Source: Thermoanaerobaculia bacterium (lineage in GTDB: Bacteria; Acidobacteriota; Thermoanaerobaculia; UBA5066). Taken from it: 64,000 nt of DNA. The stretch covers positions 704,001 through 768,000 of the forward strand of contig CAVRAY010000002.1 in the NCBI GenBank assembly GCA_963719225.1, written 5' to 3'. Shown here in pieces: positions 28,794-38,531 of the stretch. A model generated the notes under the pieces. It made no database searches and was not told the origin of the DNA. It was given only the letters and a program-made list of their open reading frames with translations. Made by a program: the position numbers and the translations under genes. Position 1 is the first letter of the stretch, and each line of letters starts with the position of its first letter.

Positions 28794-29954
28794 CTACAGG
28801 TTCGCGAGCAGCGACTCCGGCTCCTCGGGCGGCTCGGGGTCCGGCGTCCTCTCGCCGAGGAGCGCGGCCCACGGCGCGTAGCGCTCGAAGCGTTCCGTGA
28901 CGACCTTGATCGTCGCCGTGAGCGGGACGGCGAGGATCGCGCCCGGGATCCCCCAGAGGATGCCCCAGAACAGGAACGCGAAGAGGACCGCGAGCGGATG
29001 GAGGCGCACGCGACTCCCGACGATGAACGGCGTCAGGACGTTCCCCTCGAGGAACTGGACGACCGCGTAGAAGACGAGGACCTTCACGGGGAGCGCCGCG
29101 TCGCTCGAGGCGAGGATCGCGATCAGGAACGCGGGCGTCGTCGACATGATGACGCCGACGTACGGGATGAGGACGCAGACGCCCGCGAGAGGACCGAGCA
29201 GGTAACCGTAGGGGACGCGCAGGACGAGAAGGCCCGCCGTCGTGACGCACGCCGTGATGAGGACGACGAAGAGCTCGCCGAGCACGTACCCCGACAGGAC
29301 GCGCGCGACGCCTTCCGCGAAGTCCTGGGCCGCGCGCCCGCCCTTGAGCCGGAGGATCTTCGCGACGGCGCCCCCGTACTTCTCGCGGTCCTTGAGCATG
29401 AAGAACGAGAGCATCGGGACGGCGGCCGTGTAGAGAAGCAGTGAGAGCACGGTCTTGACCTGGATCGCGACGCGCGAGAGGGAGTCGAAGGCGTCGGCCT
29501 CGAGACGGACGGCGCGCACGCTCCGGTCCCCCTCGGGAAGAAGCGAGCGCGTGCGCTCCTCGATCCGCGCGAAGAGCCCCTGCGCCTTCGACGTGAAGGC
29601 ACGGATCTTCGTCTCGTAGGACGGCAGGTCGCGCGAGAACGCTTCGACCTGGCCGAGCGCGTTCACGACGAAGAAGACGACGAGAGCCGTCAGAAGGAGA
29701 ATGACGACGAAGACGGCGAGCGTGCGCGGGAAGCGGATCCGCTCGAGGAGGCCGACGAAGGGCTGGAGCGCGAAGGAGAGGAAGAGGCCGAAGAAGAACG
29801 TCACGAACAGGACCTTGCCGGCCCACAGCAGGCCGACGACCGCCGCCGTCGCGAGCACGACGAGCGCACGGGACCGGAACACGCCACCGCCGCCCGGGGC
29901 GGACCCCGTGGAAAACGTACCGGTCGAAAAAAGGCCGCTCGATCCCGACTCCAC
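28794..29954 (-). CDS. AI-2E (UPF0118) family transporter
   Basis: LIPYVG, QFLEGNVLTP..VG....LHPL, WGIPGAILAVPL. Confidence 0.88.
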   Translation of the reverse strand: MESGSSGLFSTGTFSTGSAPGGGGVFRSRALVVLATAAVVGLLWAGKVLFVTFFFGLFLSFALQPFVGLLERIRFPRTLAVFVVILLLTALVVFFVVNALGQVEAFSRDLPSYETKIRAFTSKAQGLFARIEERTRSLLPEGDRSVRAVRLEADAFDSLSRVAIQVKTVLSLLLYTAAVPMLSFFMLKDREKYGGAVAKILRLKGGRAAQDFAEGVARVLSGYVLGELFVVLITACVTTAGLLVLRVPYGYLLGPLAGVCVLIPYVGVIMSTTPAFLIAILASSDAALPVKVLVFYAVVQFLEGNVLTPFIVGSRVRLHPLAVLFAFLFWGILWGIPGAILAVPLTATIKVVTERFERYAPWAALLGERTPDPEPPEEPESLLANL

Positions 29955-30001
29955 GGCGGGTTCAGTGTACCGCCGCCGTGGAAGCCGGAATCAGGCGGGC
30001 G

Positions 30002-31393
30002 TCACGGGAACGTGACGGTGACGACCGCCCGACGGTTGCGCGTCGCGTCGGCGGAGTCCCCGTCGCCCTTGACCTCGGTGGTGATCCGCGAGCCGTCGAT
30101 CCCGTGCCGCTTCATGAGGTAGTCCTTCGCGGCGTCGGCGCGGGCGCTCGCGAGCGCCACGCGGTCCCCCTTCTCCTTGCCGTCGGTCCAGGCGGAGACG
30201 GTGCAGGTCGCGGCGAGGTTGTTCTTCAGGCGCAGGGCGACGCCGTCCAGGATCGCCTTCGCGATGTTCGTGAGCCGGCTCTTACCGCCGTCGAAGAGGA
30301 TCTCGTCGGTCGTCGAGGTCGCCGGGCGCGCGGCCGGAGCCGTCACGACGGCGGGCTCGGACGGGGCCGGCGCGGGGGCCACGACGGGCGCCGGCTCGGG
30401 CGGGGCGGCCGGGACCGGCTCGGTCGCGGGGGGCGGCTCCTCGCGCATCGGCGCGACCCGGGGCTTCGCCTGCTGCGGGGCGGCGGGCGCGTACGCGAAC
30501 TGGACGAGCCCCCCGATGTTGCCCGGGCTGGAGCCGTACCTGGCCCAGCGGTCGATGTTGATGCGGACGGCGCCGGACGCCGTGAAGTCGCCGAACGCGA
30601 AGCGGCCGCCGAGGAGCGCCTCGGAGGTGTCGACGGGCTGCGTGTCGCCGCCGTCGAAGTGGATGCGGTTGATCTCGCCGATCGCCTTGAAGACGTGCGG
30701 GACGATCGGGACGGCGACGCCGACCGCGTTCGTCCACTCGTTCGAGAGGTTGTACCCGGTATTCTGGTCGGTGGGCGACTGCGTTCCGCCGCCGAGCTTG
30801 CCGGTCAGGAGATAGCGCGACTGGAACGTGACCCAGCCGAACGAGAACGAAGCGCCGAAGTCGTAGTCGGAGCGGGTGGTCCCGAGGGCGTTCACGTCGT
30901 TCCGGGACTGCGTCGGGATCGCGATCCCGCCGAAGACGGCGACGCGCACGGGCTCCCGCGGACTCAGGAGGATCTTCGTCCCGATGCGCACCTTGTCCAT
31001 CTCGGTGTGCGTGAACCCGCCGGCGCGGGTGTGGCCGCCGATCACGCCCTCCCAGGCGTTCGACTCGGCGTGGTACCGGTTCGAGCCGGTGCCGACGACG
31101 ATCTCCCAGCGGTCCATGAGGCCGTAGCCCACGCTGCCTCCGGTGCGCATGAGGTCGTAGCGCAGCGGGTCGTCCGCGAGCGTGGAGGCGCCCGGCACGG
31201 GCGCCGCGACGGGAGTCCACATGCTCCAGGACAGGCCGAACGAAAAGCGGCCGGCCGCGAGCATGTCCGCGTTCGTGATCTCGAAGAGGCCCGTCTCGCC
31301 CGAGAGGGTCGGGGCGACCTGCGCCCGCGCCGGGAGGGAGAGCACGAAACACGCGGCCGCGGCGAGGGACAGTCGGGTCCGCATCCGTCTCAT
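30002..31393 (-). CDS. OmpA-family outer membrane protein (beta-barrel, Pro-rich linker, OmpA-like C-terminal domain)
   Basis: Signal peptide, GETGLF, amphipathic strands, PAP linker, ILFD..KS.L, WTD, ARA, RNRRAV. Confidence 0.82.
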   Translation of the reverse strand: MRRMRTRLSLAAAACFVLSLPARAQVAPTLSGETGLFEITNADMLAAGRFSFGLSWSMWTPVAAPVPGASTLADDPLRYDLMRTGGSVGYGLMDRWEIVVGTGSNRYHAESNAWEGVIGGHTRAGGFTHTEMDKVRIGTKILLSPREPVRVAVFGGIAIPTQSRNDVNALGTTRSDYDFGASFSFGWVTFQSRYLLTGKLGGGTQSPTDQNTGYNLSNEWTNAVGVAVPIVPHVFKAIGEINRIHFDGGDTQPVDTSEALLGGRFAFGDFTASGAVRINIDRWARYGSSPGNIGGLVQFAYAPAAPQQAKPRVAPMREEPPPATEPVPAAPPEPAPVVAPAPAPSEPAVVTAPAARPATSTTDEILFDGGKSRLTNIAKAILDGVALRLKNNLAATCTVSAWTDGKEKGDRVALASARADAAKDYLMKRHGIDGSRITTEVKGDGDSADATRNRRAVVTVTFP

Positions 31394-31539
31394 CGAACTT
31401 CTCCTTTGCCGCCTGCGGCGGGCGTCGGCGCCCGGGTTGGCGGGGAACTGCCTCGAACCGATGCCCAGAAGACGGGAAATTGCCGATCGATTCTAACCCG
31501 TCCCGGTTCGGGAGAGCAAACGAGGGGAATGACTTACGG

Positions 31540-32454
31540 TCAGAGCAGAGGATTCATCTTCTCCCGGAAGCCCCGGGCGGCCGCCGGACCGCGCAACGCG
31601 GCGATCGCCTCCTCGAGCGTCCGGATGAGATCCCGCACGACGTCGAGGCCTCGGCCGCGGTCCAGTTCGGCGAGAGCCGCGCGGTACGGACGCTCGATCG
31701 AGGGGTCCCCGGCGGCCACCGCCGCGCCCTCGGCCTCCTGCTTGACCTTCGTGCAGAGAATCTGGAGGCTGCGCTTCTCGTCCCCCTTCGACAGGGCCTG
31801 GAACGCGCCGCTGTGCGACGAGACGTTCGGGATGCTCTGGCCGGTGCCGGGGGGGACGGCGAGCGGCGAGGCGGCGGGAACGCTCGGGCGGACGGGGACG
31901 GAGGGGGCGGGCGCCCGGCCCTTGACCATCTCGACCAGCTCGGCCGTCACGAGGCCGTAGAGCGTCTTGGCGACGTCGAAGGACGAGGTCTTGAGGCTCC
32001 GGGCGATGTCCTCGATCGAGCGCTGGCCGTCGGTCTTCGTGACGACCTTCCACTCGAGCGGCGTCAGCGTGACGGGTCCCGTCAAGCCGTCGCGGGACAC
32101 GAGCAGGGGGACGGAGTCCGTCGCGGGGATCTTGCGCGACAGGATCTTCCACTCGTCACTGCGTCGCGCGGCCTCGAGAAGGAGGTTCGTGTTCGAGCGC
32201 GTGATGGAGTGCGCGTCGCTCTCGACGCCCGGAGAGAACTGGAAGGTCCCCTGGTTCCAGAGGGCGAGCGCGTAGATCGCGTCGTCCCCTTCGATCTCTC
32301 CGACCTTCGCGTGCGTGATCTGGCCGTTCTGGAGGTAGACGTATCCCTTCTCGGACGCACGCGTCAGCGAGAACATGCCCGTCTTGCCCGAAACCGCGAC
32401 CAGCTGGACGATGTCGGCGAGGGGCAGCTCGTTCAGTGAACCTTGAAACGACAT
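31540..32454 (-). CDS. DUF4388 (PatA-N-like) domain protein
   Basis: FQGSLNELPLADIVQL....KTG, G.I.HA, W.QGTFQF, LLLEAARRSDEW, then wHTH-like segment. Confidence 0.8.
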   Translation of the reverse strand: MSFQGSLNELPLADIVQLVAVSGKTGMFSLTRASEKGYVYLQNGQITHAKVGEIEGDDAIYALALWNQGTFQFSPGVESDAHSITRSNTNLLLEAARRSDEWKILSRKIPATDSVPLLVSRDGLTGPVTLTPLEWKVVTKTDGQRSIEDIARSLKTSSFDVAKTLYGLVTAELVEMVKGRAPAPSVPVRPSVPAASPLAVPPGTGQSIPNVSSHSGAFQALSKGDEKRSLQILCTKVKQEAEGAAVAAGDPSIERPYRAALAELDRGRGLDVVRDLIRTLEEAIAALRGPAAARGFREKMNPLL

Positions 32455-32505
32455 CAGATGCCGCCGGGACGATAGCAGCCGGGGGCCGTCGCGCTCAACA
32501 CGCGC

Positions 32506-33036
32506 TCAGCCCGCGGGCCGGCGCACGACGATTCGCGCGGCCACCGTGAGCGCCTCGGGGGCGCGCGTGGCGCCGCGCCGGGCGACGACGAAGCCGTGCG
32601 CGAGGGCCGCGGCCGCCGCGTCGGCGGCGTCCAGTGCGAGGCGCTTGCCGAGGAGAGCCGTCACCATGCGCCGCACCTGCTCCTTCTCGGCGGCGCCGGA
32701 GCCGGCGACGGCGCGCTTGATCTCGGCCGGTGTGATCTCGGCGGCGGCGAGCCCGGCTTCGACGAGCGCGAGGAGAAGGACGCCGCGCGCTTCCCCGAGG
32801 GCGATGAGGCTCTGTGCGTTGACGCCCGCGAAGACGCGCTCCACGACGGCGGCCTGCGGGGCCTCGCGCGCCACGATCTCGCCCATCGCGCGGTGCAGGT
32901 ATGCGAGGCGCTCGGCGAAGGTGAGCGACGCGGGGGGCCGGAGCACGCCGGCCGCGGCGAGGCGCGGCGCCGCGGCGAAGTCCACGACGGCCCACCCGGC
33001 CGCGCGGCTCCCCGGGTCGACGCCGAGTATCTTCAC
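32506..33036 (-). CDS. ruvC: Holliday junction resolvase RuvC
   Basis: ILGVDPG, VERVF, LGEARG, IKRAVAGSG.A.KEQV, DAADA. Confidence 0.93.
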   Translation of the reverse strand: MKILGVDPGSRAAGWAVVDFAAAPRLAAAGVLRPPASLTFAERLAYLHRAMGEIVAREAPQAAVVERVFAGVNAQSLIALGEARGVLLLALVEAGLAAAEITPAEIKRAVAGSGAAEKEQVRRMVTALLGKRLALDAADAAAAALAHGFVVARRGATRAPEALTVAARIVVRRPAG

Positions 33037-33776
33037 GCTTCCTGGAGATATTTCTCGTCGATGTCGCCGTTCGACCAGACTTTCTGCACGTCCTCGTTGT
33101 CCTCGACCATCTCGAGGAGCTTGAGGAGCGCGGGGCCCTTGTCGGCCACGTCGATGGTGCTCTGGGGGACCATCTGGACCTCGGCGGCGTGCACGGGGAT
33201 GTTCTTCGCCTCGATCGCGCTCTTCACGGCCTCGAACGACGCCGGGTCCGTGAGGATCTCGAAGAGCTCCGTATCCTCGGTCTTGAGGTCCTCGGCGCCG
33301 GACTCGAGCGCGAGCTCCATGAGGACGTCTTCCTTGGTGGCGCTCTTCTCGACGGCGATGACGCCCTTCTTCGTGAACTGGAACGCCACGGCTCCGGCCA
33401 CCGCCATGTTGCCGCCGTACTTCGCGAGGAGGTGGCGGATCTCCGAGGCCGTCCGGTTCTTGTTGTCCGTCATGACCTCGATCAGGAGCGCGGCGCCGCC
33501 TGGGCCGTAGCCCTCATACGTGATCTCCTCGTACGTGACGCCTTCGAGTTCGCCCGTGCCACGCTTGATCGCCCGGTCGATGTTGTCCGACGGCATCGAC
33601 GCCTTCTTCGCGGCGAGGACCGCCGATCGCAGGCGGGGATTGGACTCGACGAGACCGCCTCCGACCCGGGCGGACATCGTGATTTCCTTGATCAGCTTCG
33701 TGAAGAGGTTCCCGCGCTTGGCGTCGGCGGCGCCCTTCTTGTGCTTGATCGTGCTCCACTTGCTGTGTCCGGACAT
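33033..33776 (-). CDS. yebC: YebC/PmpR family protein
   Basis: MSGHSKWSTIKHKK, YEGYGPGG, TDNKNRT, DNEDVQKVWSN; upstream of ruvC. Confidence 0.95.
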   Translation of the reverse strand: MSGHSKWSTIKHKKGAADAKRGNLFTKLIKEITMSARVGGGLVESNPRLRSAVLAAKKASMPSDNIDRAIKRGTGELEGVTYEEITYEGYGPGGAALLIEVMTDNKNRTASEIRHLLAKYGGNMAVAGAVAFQFTKKGVIAVEKSATKEDVLMELALESGAEDLKTEDTELFEILTDPASFEAVKSAIEAKNIPVHAAEVQMVPQSTIDVADKGPALLKLLEMVEDNEDVQKVWSNGDIDEKYLQEA

Positions 33777-33852
33777 GGCCTCACCTCTGGCGTGATGGAA
33801 CCCGCGGCGCACGCAAAGCCACGGCGGGACGGGCTCTTCGGGGCCGCAAAGT

Positions 33853-35186
33853 CTAGCAGGGATGCGCCTCGAGGTCGCCGGAGCCTCCGGCCCCCGACGC
33901 GACCAGCCGCACGCGGAGCCGGCGGCCGGGAAGCGCGTCGGCGGGGGGAGGCGCAGGCCGACGTCGAGGTAGTGGTCCGTGAGCCCGCGCCCGCCCGCGA
34001 GCGTCACGAGGTCGGCGACCGTCCCTGCGGCGCGAGCGGCGAACGCGCGCGCCTTCGCGTCGCCGAGGCGCCGGAGCACCCGCGTCCTCTCCGTGACGGC
34101 GCCCGCCGGCACGGGCGAGACGCGCTGCCACGCCGCGGCGTCCGTCCCGGCGCGCGGAGAGAACGGAAAGACGTGGAGGGACGCGAACGGCAGCTCCTCG
34201 ACGAGCCGCAGGGTCTCCTCGAACTCGGCGTCGGTCTCGCCCGGGAATCCGGCAATGAGGTCCGTCGCGAGGTGAAGGCGCGGGTTCGCGGCCGCCGCCG
34301 CGAACGCGAGCGCGCGGTAACGCGACGGGACGATCCCGCGGCGCATTCGCTTCAGGACCGCCTGCGAGCCCGACTGGAGCGGCAGGTGGAGGTGCGGGAC
34401 GACGACGCGGGAGGCCGCGACCCGGACGGCGAGCTCCTCTCCCGCCTCCATCGGCTCGAGAGAAGAGAGCCGTACCCGGCATTGCGGGGCATCCCGCTCG
34501 AGGTCGTCGAGGAGATCGAGCAGGCCGCCGCCCTCGCCGCCGTCGAACGCCGCGAGGTGGATTCCCGTGAGGACGACCTCGGGAACGCCGCTCGCGCCGA
34601 GCCGGCGCACGGCGTCCGCGACGTCTCCGCGCGGGGCGCTGCGCTCGCCGCCCCTGAGCGAAGGGACGATGCAGAACGCGCACCGTCTCCGGCAGCCGTC
34701 CTGGATCTTCAGGAACGCCCGGGTCCTCCCGGCGTCGAGGAGGGCGGAGGCGGCCCGGCCGCGCGCGGGCATCGCGAAGAGCGCGGCCGCCCGGGTCCCG
34801 TCGGCGCGCGCGACCTTGCCCGTCAGGAGACCCGCGTCGCGGGCGTCGAGAAGCGCGGCAAGATCGCCGCGCGCGGCGAGCGGCACGACGAGATCCACCT
34901 CGTCGAGGGCGGCGAGCGCGTCCGCGGCTCCCTCGGCGAGGCAGCCCGACACGACGAGCGTCGCCTCCGGACTCTCGCGCCGGAGCCGGCGGAGGGCGCG
35001 TCTCCCGTCGCGCAGCGCCCGCTCCGTGACGGCGCAGCCGTGGACGAGGACGACGTCGGCTTCCGCGGCCGTGGCCGCGCGCGTGAACGGCGCGGACGTC
35101 GCCACCGCGTCGACGCGGCTCACCTTGCACCCGAGAGTCTCGGTGAAGAACCGCCGCGCGCGGGGATTCGTTGACACGCCCGGCAT
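33853..35186 (-). CDS. mtaB: tRNA methylthiotransferase MtaB (radical SAM); apparent 1-bp deletion in G6 run near 33945
   Basis: TLGCKV, GCAVT, SGC, RAFLKIQDGCRRRCAFC, HLHLPLQSGS, GFPGET, HVFPFSPR.GT; adding one C gives a stop at 33853 instead of read-through into yebC. Confidence 0.85.
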
Positions 35187-35212
35187 GCGGGCGATAATAG
35201 ATTTTTCGAATA

Positions 35213-38200
35213 ATGAAATTCCTCCTGATCGAGTACGAGCCTCGCTACCTCGACCGGATCCGCGGCTTTCTCCTGACCCAGCCCGACGTCGAGCTCGTGG
35301 CGGCGCGCGACGGCGAGGAGGGGCTCGAGGCATACCGCCGCGCGCGCCCGGATCTCGTGCTCGTGTCGTCCGTGCTTCCGAAGATGCGGACGCCGGACGT
35401 CATCAAGGGGATGCAGGCGCTTGGGCCGACCCCGCCGATCCTCCTCATGATGTCGGGCTACAAGGGGCGCAACAAGCGCTCGGACGCGCAGCGAGTCGGC
35501 GCGACGAGCATTCTCGAGAAGCCCTTCACGGAGGAGGTCTTCCAGGCCGAGGTCGCGATGGCGCTCGGCCTGCGCCCCGTCCTCGAGACAGGCCCCGTCC
35601 CGGGCCCGCCGAGCAACCCGGGCGGGCCGCTCCTCTCGGCGGACGATATCTTCTCGGACGTTCTGACCGGTCTCGGAGAGGGCGGTTCGAACGACGCAAT
35701 GCCGTCGCCGGTCGTCACGACTCCCTCGGCCCCCCGCAGCTCATCCGCGACGCATCCTGCGTTCGTCGCGCCCCTGGTGCCGCCCGCCCGGCCGGCGCCG
35801 GACCCGAGCATGCAGAAGCGCCTCGAGCAGACCCTCTCGGGCCTCATGCCGACCCCGCGAAAGCCCGCGCCGCCTCCGTTCCCGGCCGCGAACGAGCCGC
35901 TCCGGCCGGCGTCCGGCGAGCGGCCGTCGCGCGTGAACGTCGAGCAGGCGCTCGGCGCGCTCGCGCACCCGGCCGCCGCGCCCGCCCGCTCTCCGAGCGC
36001 CGAGACTTCCGCGAAGGCGTCCGTCGAAAAGCTCCTGCAGGACACGCTCTCGGGCCTGATCCCCGTCGCGAAGCCGCGGCCGAAGGAGACCTCGAGGGAG
36101 GTCTCCGGCGAGACGCTCCGGCTGAAGACGCCCGTCTCGGAGCCGCCGGCGCCCACGCCCCGCCCCGCGTCCTCGCCGGCGCTCGCACCCGCCGCGCTGG
36201 CGCCGCCGCGGCCCGTGGCCGCGCCGCCGCCAGCCGCAACGGGGCGCGCGTCGGCGCCGCGCGTCTCGCCGACACCCGGCCAGTTCGGCCGCTACCAGCT
36301 CCTCGAGAAGATCGGCTCGGGCGGCATGGCGGAGGTCTTCAAAGCCCGGATGCGCGGCGAGGAGGGCTTCGAGAAGATCGTCGCGATCAAGCGGATCGTC
36401 CCGCACATGGCCGCGAACGAGGCCTTCATCACGATGTTCGTGGACGAGGCGAAGCTGGCGGCGCAGCTCAACCACAACAACATCACGCACATCTACGACC
36501 TCGGCAAGGTCGAGGCGTGGCACTACATCGCGATGGAGTTCGTGGAGGGCAAGGACCTCCGCACGCTCCTGAAGCTCGGCAAGGAGAGGTCGTACCCGCT
36601 GCCCGCGGAGCTCGCGCTCTTCATCGCGGCCAAGATCGCGAACGCGCTCGACTACGCGCATCGGCGGCCGGCCGCCGACGGAACGGAGCTGAATCTCGTC
36701 CACCGCGACGTCTCGCCGCAGAACATCCTGATCAGCTACGAAGGGGACATCAAGCTCTGCGACTTCGGGATCGCGAAGGCCGCGAGCAAGGTTTCGACGA
36801 CGATCTCGGGCGCGCTCAAGGGCAAGCTCCAGTACATGTCCCCCGAACAGGCCTGGGGCAAGCGCGTGGACCGGCGGAGCGACATCTTCTCCCTCGGCGC
36901 CGTCCTCCACGAGATGCTCACGGGCGCGCCGCTCTTCGAGGGCGACACGGACATGTCGATCCTCGAGCGCGTCCGCGAAGGCGAGGTCGAGCCCCCGTCC
37001 CGGCGCGGCGTCGAAGTCTCCAAGCGCGTCGACCAGATCGTTCTGAAGGCTCTCGCGAAGAACCCGCAGGAGCGTTACCAGAACGCGTCCGAGATGGAGA
37101 AGGACCTCCATGCGGTCCTCTACGCGTTCCAGCCGTCCCCGGGTCCCGCGGACGTCGCGATCTACGTGCACCGCCTCCTCGAGGCGCCCGAGTCGTCTCC
37201 GACCGGGGACGAGATCGACGCCGCGTTCGACGCGGCGCGCGACCTGGTGCCCGCGCCCGCCGCGCCGCCCGCGCTTCCGAGGAAAGGCAAGGGCCTCCTG
37301 ATCCAGCAGACGGGCGAGCTGAAGGCCCCGCCGTCGGCGCCGTCCCCGCCCCCGCGCGAAGCCGCGCCGATTTCGCGCCGCGAGACGCCGCGCGCAGCCG
37401 CCGAGGCCGCCGCGTCGATCCCCGCGGTGGGCGAGTCGAAGCGAAGCCGGACGGGCCTCTACGCCGGAATCGGCCTCGCGGCGGCGGCGCTCGTCGCCGC
37501 CGCCCTCTTCGTCACGAAGGACCGGTGGTCGGCGCCGAAGGCCGCCCCCACCGCGCCCACCCCGCAGACGGGCAGCGCTGCGCCGGCCCCGACGGCGGCG
37601 GCCGCGCCCGTGCCCACGGCGGAGCCCCCGAAGGTCGTGGATCCAAAGGCCGTCGAGGCGGAGGCCCGCCGACTCACCGCCGAACGGGAGAAAGCCGCGC
37701 GGGAAGCCGCGGGCAAACAGGCGGCCGCGGGCAAGACCGGCGCGGCGCCCGGGCCTGTGGTCCTGACGCTGCAGCCCGCGAAGACGGCCGGCGAGGCTCC
37801 GAAGGAGATCGCCGCGAAGCCTCCCGAACCCCTGCCCGTCGCGGCGCCGCCCGTCGTTGCGACCGCCGTTCCAAAGCCCACGCCCGTCGCCGCCGCGCCG
37901 GCGCCGACGGAGGTCTCGGTCGCCGAGAGCGCGCCGCCGGTGCCGCCGTCCTCGGCGGCGCCCGTGAAGGAGGGCGATCTCGTCGGCCCCGGAGAGGGAG
38001 TCGTCGAGCCGCAGCTCGTGCGCCTCGGGGCGACGCACGGCATGCCGCCGCAAGCGCGACAGGTCTCGCGCGCGCCGGACGGGTCGATCGGAACGCCGAT
38101 CCTCATGGCGCTCGTCGACGAGAAGGGCGCCGTAGTCTCGACGCGCATCATCCGGCCCTCGTCGTACAAGTTCGTGGACGAGGCGGCCATCCGCGCCCTG

Positions 38201-38284
38201 AAGGGTGCGACAATCCGGCCGGCGACCAAGGACGGCGTGAAGGTCAAGATGTGGAAGACCTTCCCGATCGAGGTCCGGCCCTGA
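35213..38284 (+). CDS. Membrane Ser/Thr protein kinase with N-terminal pseudo-receiver and C-terminal TonB-C-like domain
   Basis: REC fold (PDLVLVSSVLP, EKPF), Pro-rich linker, IGSGGMAEV, VAIK, HRDVSPQN, DFG, YMSPE, DIFSLG, TM (LYAGIGLAAAALVAAALFV), Pro/Ala linker, ALVDEKG.V...DEAAIRAL....IRPATKDG. Confidence 0.9.
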   Translation: MKFLLIEYEPRYLDRIRGFLLTQPDVELVAARDGEEGLEAYRRARPDLVLVSSVLPKMRTPDVIKGMQALGPTPPILLMMSGYKGRNKRSDAQRVGATSILEKPFTEEVFQAEVAMALGLRPVLETGPVPGPPSNPGGPLLSADDIFSDVLTGLGEGGSNDAMPSPVVTTPSAPRSSSATHPAFVAPLVPPARPAPDPSMQKRLEQTLSGLMPTPRKPAPPPFPAANEPLRPASGERPSRVNVEQALGALAHPAAAPARSPSAETSAKASVEKLLQDTLSGLIPVAKPRPKETSREVSGETLRLKTPVSEPPAPTPRPASSPALAPAALAPPRPVAAPPPAATGRASAPRVSPTPGQFGRYQLLEKIGSGGMAEVFKARMRGEEGFEKIVAIKRIVPHMAANEAFITMFVDEAKLAAQLNHNNITHIYDLGKVEAWHYIAMEFVEGKDLRTLLKLGKERSYPLPAELALFIAAKIANALDYAHRRPAADGTELNLVHRDVSPQNILISYEGDIKLCDFGIAKAASKVSTTISGALKGKLQYMSPEQAWGKRVDRRSDIFSLGAVLHEMLTGAPLFEGDTDMSILERVREGEVEPPSRRGVEVSKRVDQIVLKALAKNPQERYQNASEMEKDLHAVLYAFQPSPGPADVAIYVHRLLEAPESSPTGDEIDAAFDAARDLVPAPAAPPALPRKGKGLLIQQTGELKAPPSAPSPPPREAAPISRRETPRAAAEAAASIPAVGESKRSRTGLYAGIGLAAAALVAAALFVTKDRWSAPKAAPTAPTPQTGSAAPAPTAAAAPVPTAEPPKVVDPKAVEAEARRLTAEREKAAREAAGKQAAAGKTGAAPGPVVLTLQPAKTAGEAPKEIAAKPPEPLPVAAPPVVATAVPKPTPVAAAPAPTEVSVAESAPPVPPSSAAPVKEGDLVGPGEGVVEPQLVRLGATHGMPPQARQVSRAPDGSIGTPILMALVDEKGAVVSTRIIRPSSYKFVDEAAIRALKGATIRPATKDGVKVKMWKTFPIEVRP

Positions 38285-38309
38285 AAATCGTCCGTTGCAG
38301 GAGTTGCGC

Positions 38310-38531
38310 ATGAGCCTTTCCGAGGAGCAGAAGAAGTTCTACGAGCACACGCGTGCGGTCACGAAGGCCGAGATCGACCAGCTCGAGGGCGACATCCAGG
38401 CCGAGCTCGCGAAGGTCAAGGAACGGCTCGCAGACCTTCAGAATTCGCAGAAGGCGGCGCGGCAGATGTACGCGGCGGCGTGCCTGAGGCTGGGCGTGCC
38501 GAACGATCTCGAGGAAGCCGAAGAATCCTGA
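38310..38531 (+). CDS. Small coiled-coil hypothetical protein
   Basis: AGGAG RBS; heptad pattern IDQLEGDIQAELAKVKERLADLQ; coding-like codons. Confidence 0.7.
   Translation: MSLSEEQKKFYEHTRAVTKAEIDQLEGDIQAELAKVKERLADLQNSQKAARQMYAAACLRLGVPNDLEEAEES

Noticed and set aside
33033-35333. 766-aa ORF that looks like an MtaB-YebC fusion
   Set aside because: One extra C in the homopolymer near 33945 gives MtaB its own stop at 33853, and YebC has its canonical MSGHSKW start at 33776; the linker is nonsense-like.
38285-38530. Cobalamin riboswitch ahead of the Btu-like ABC genes
   Set aside because: The interval is filled by a small CDS with an RBS; no B12-box-like sequence seen.
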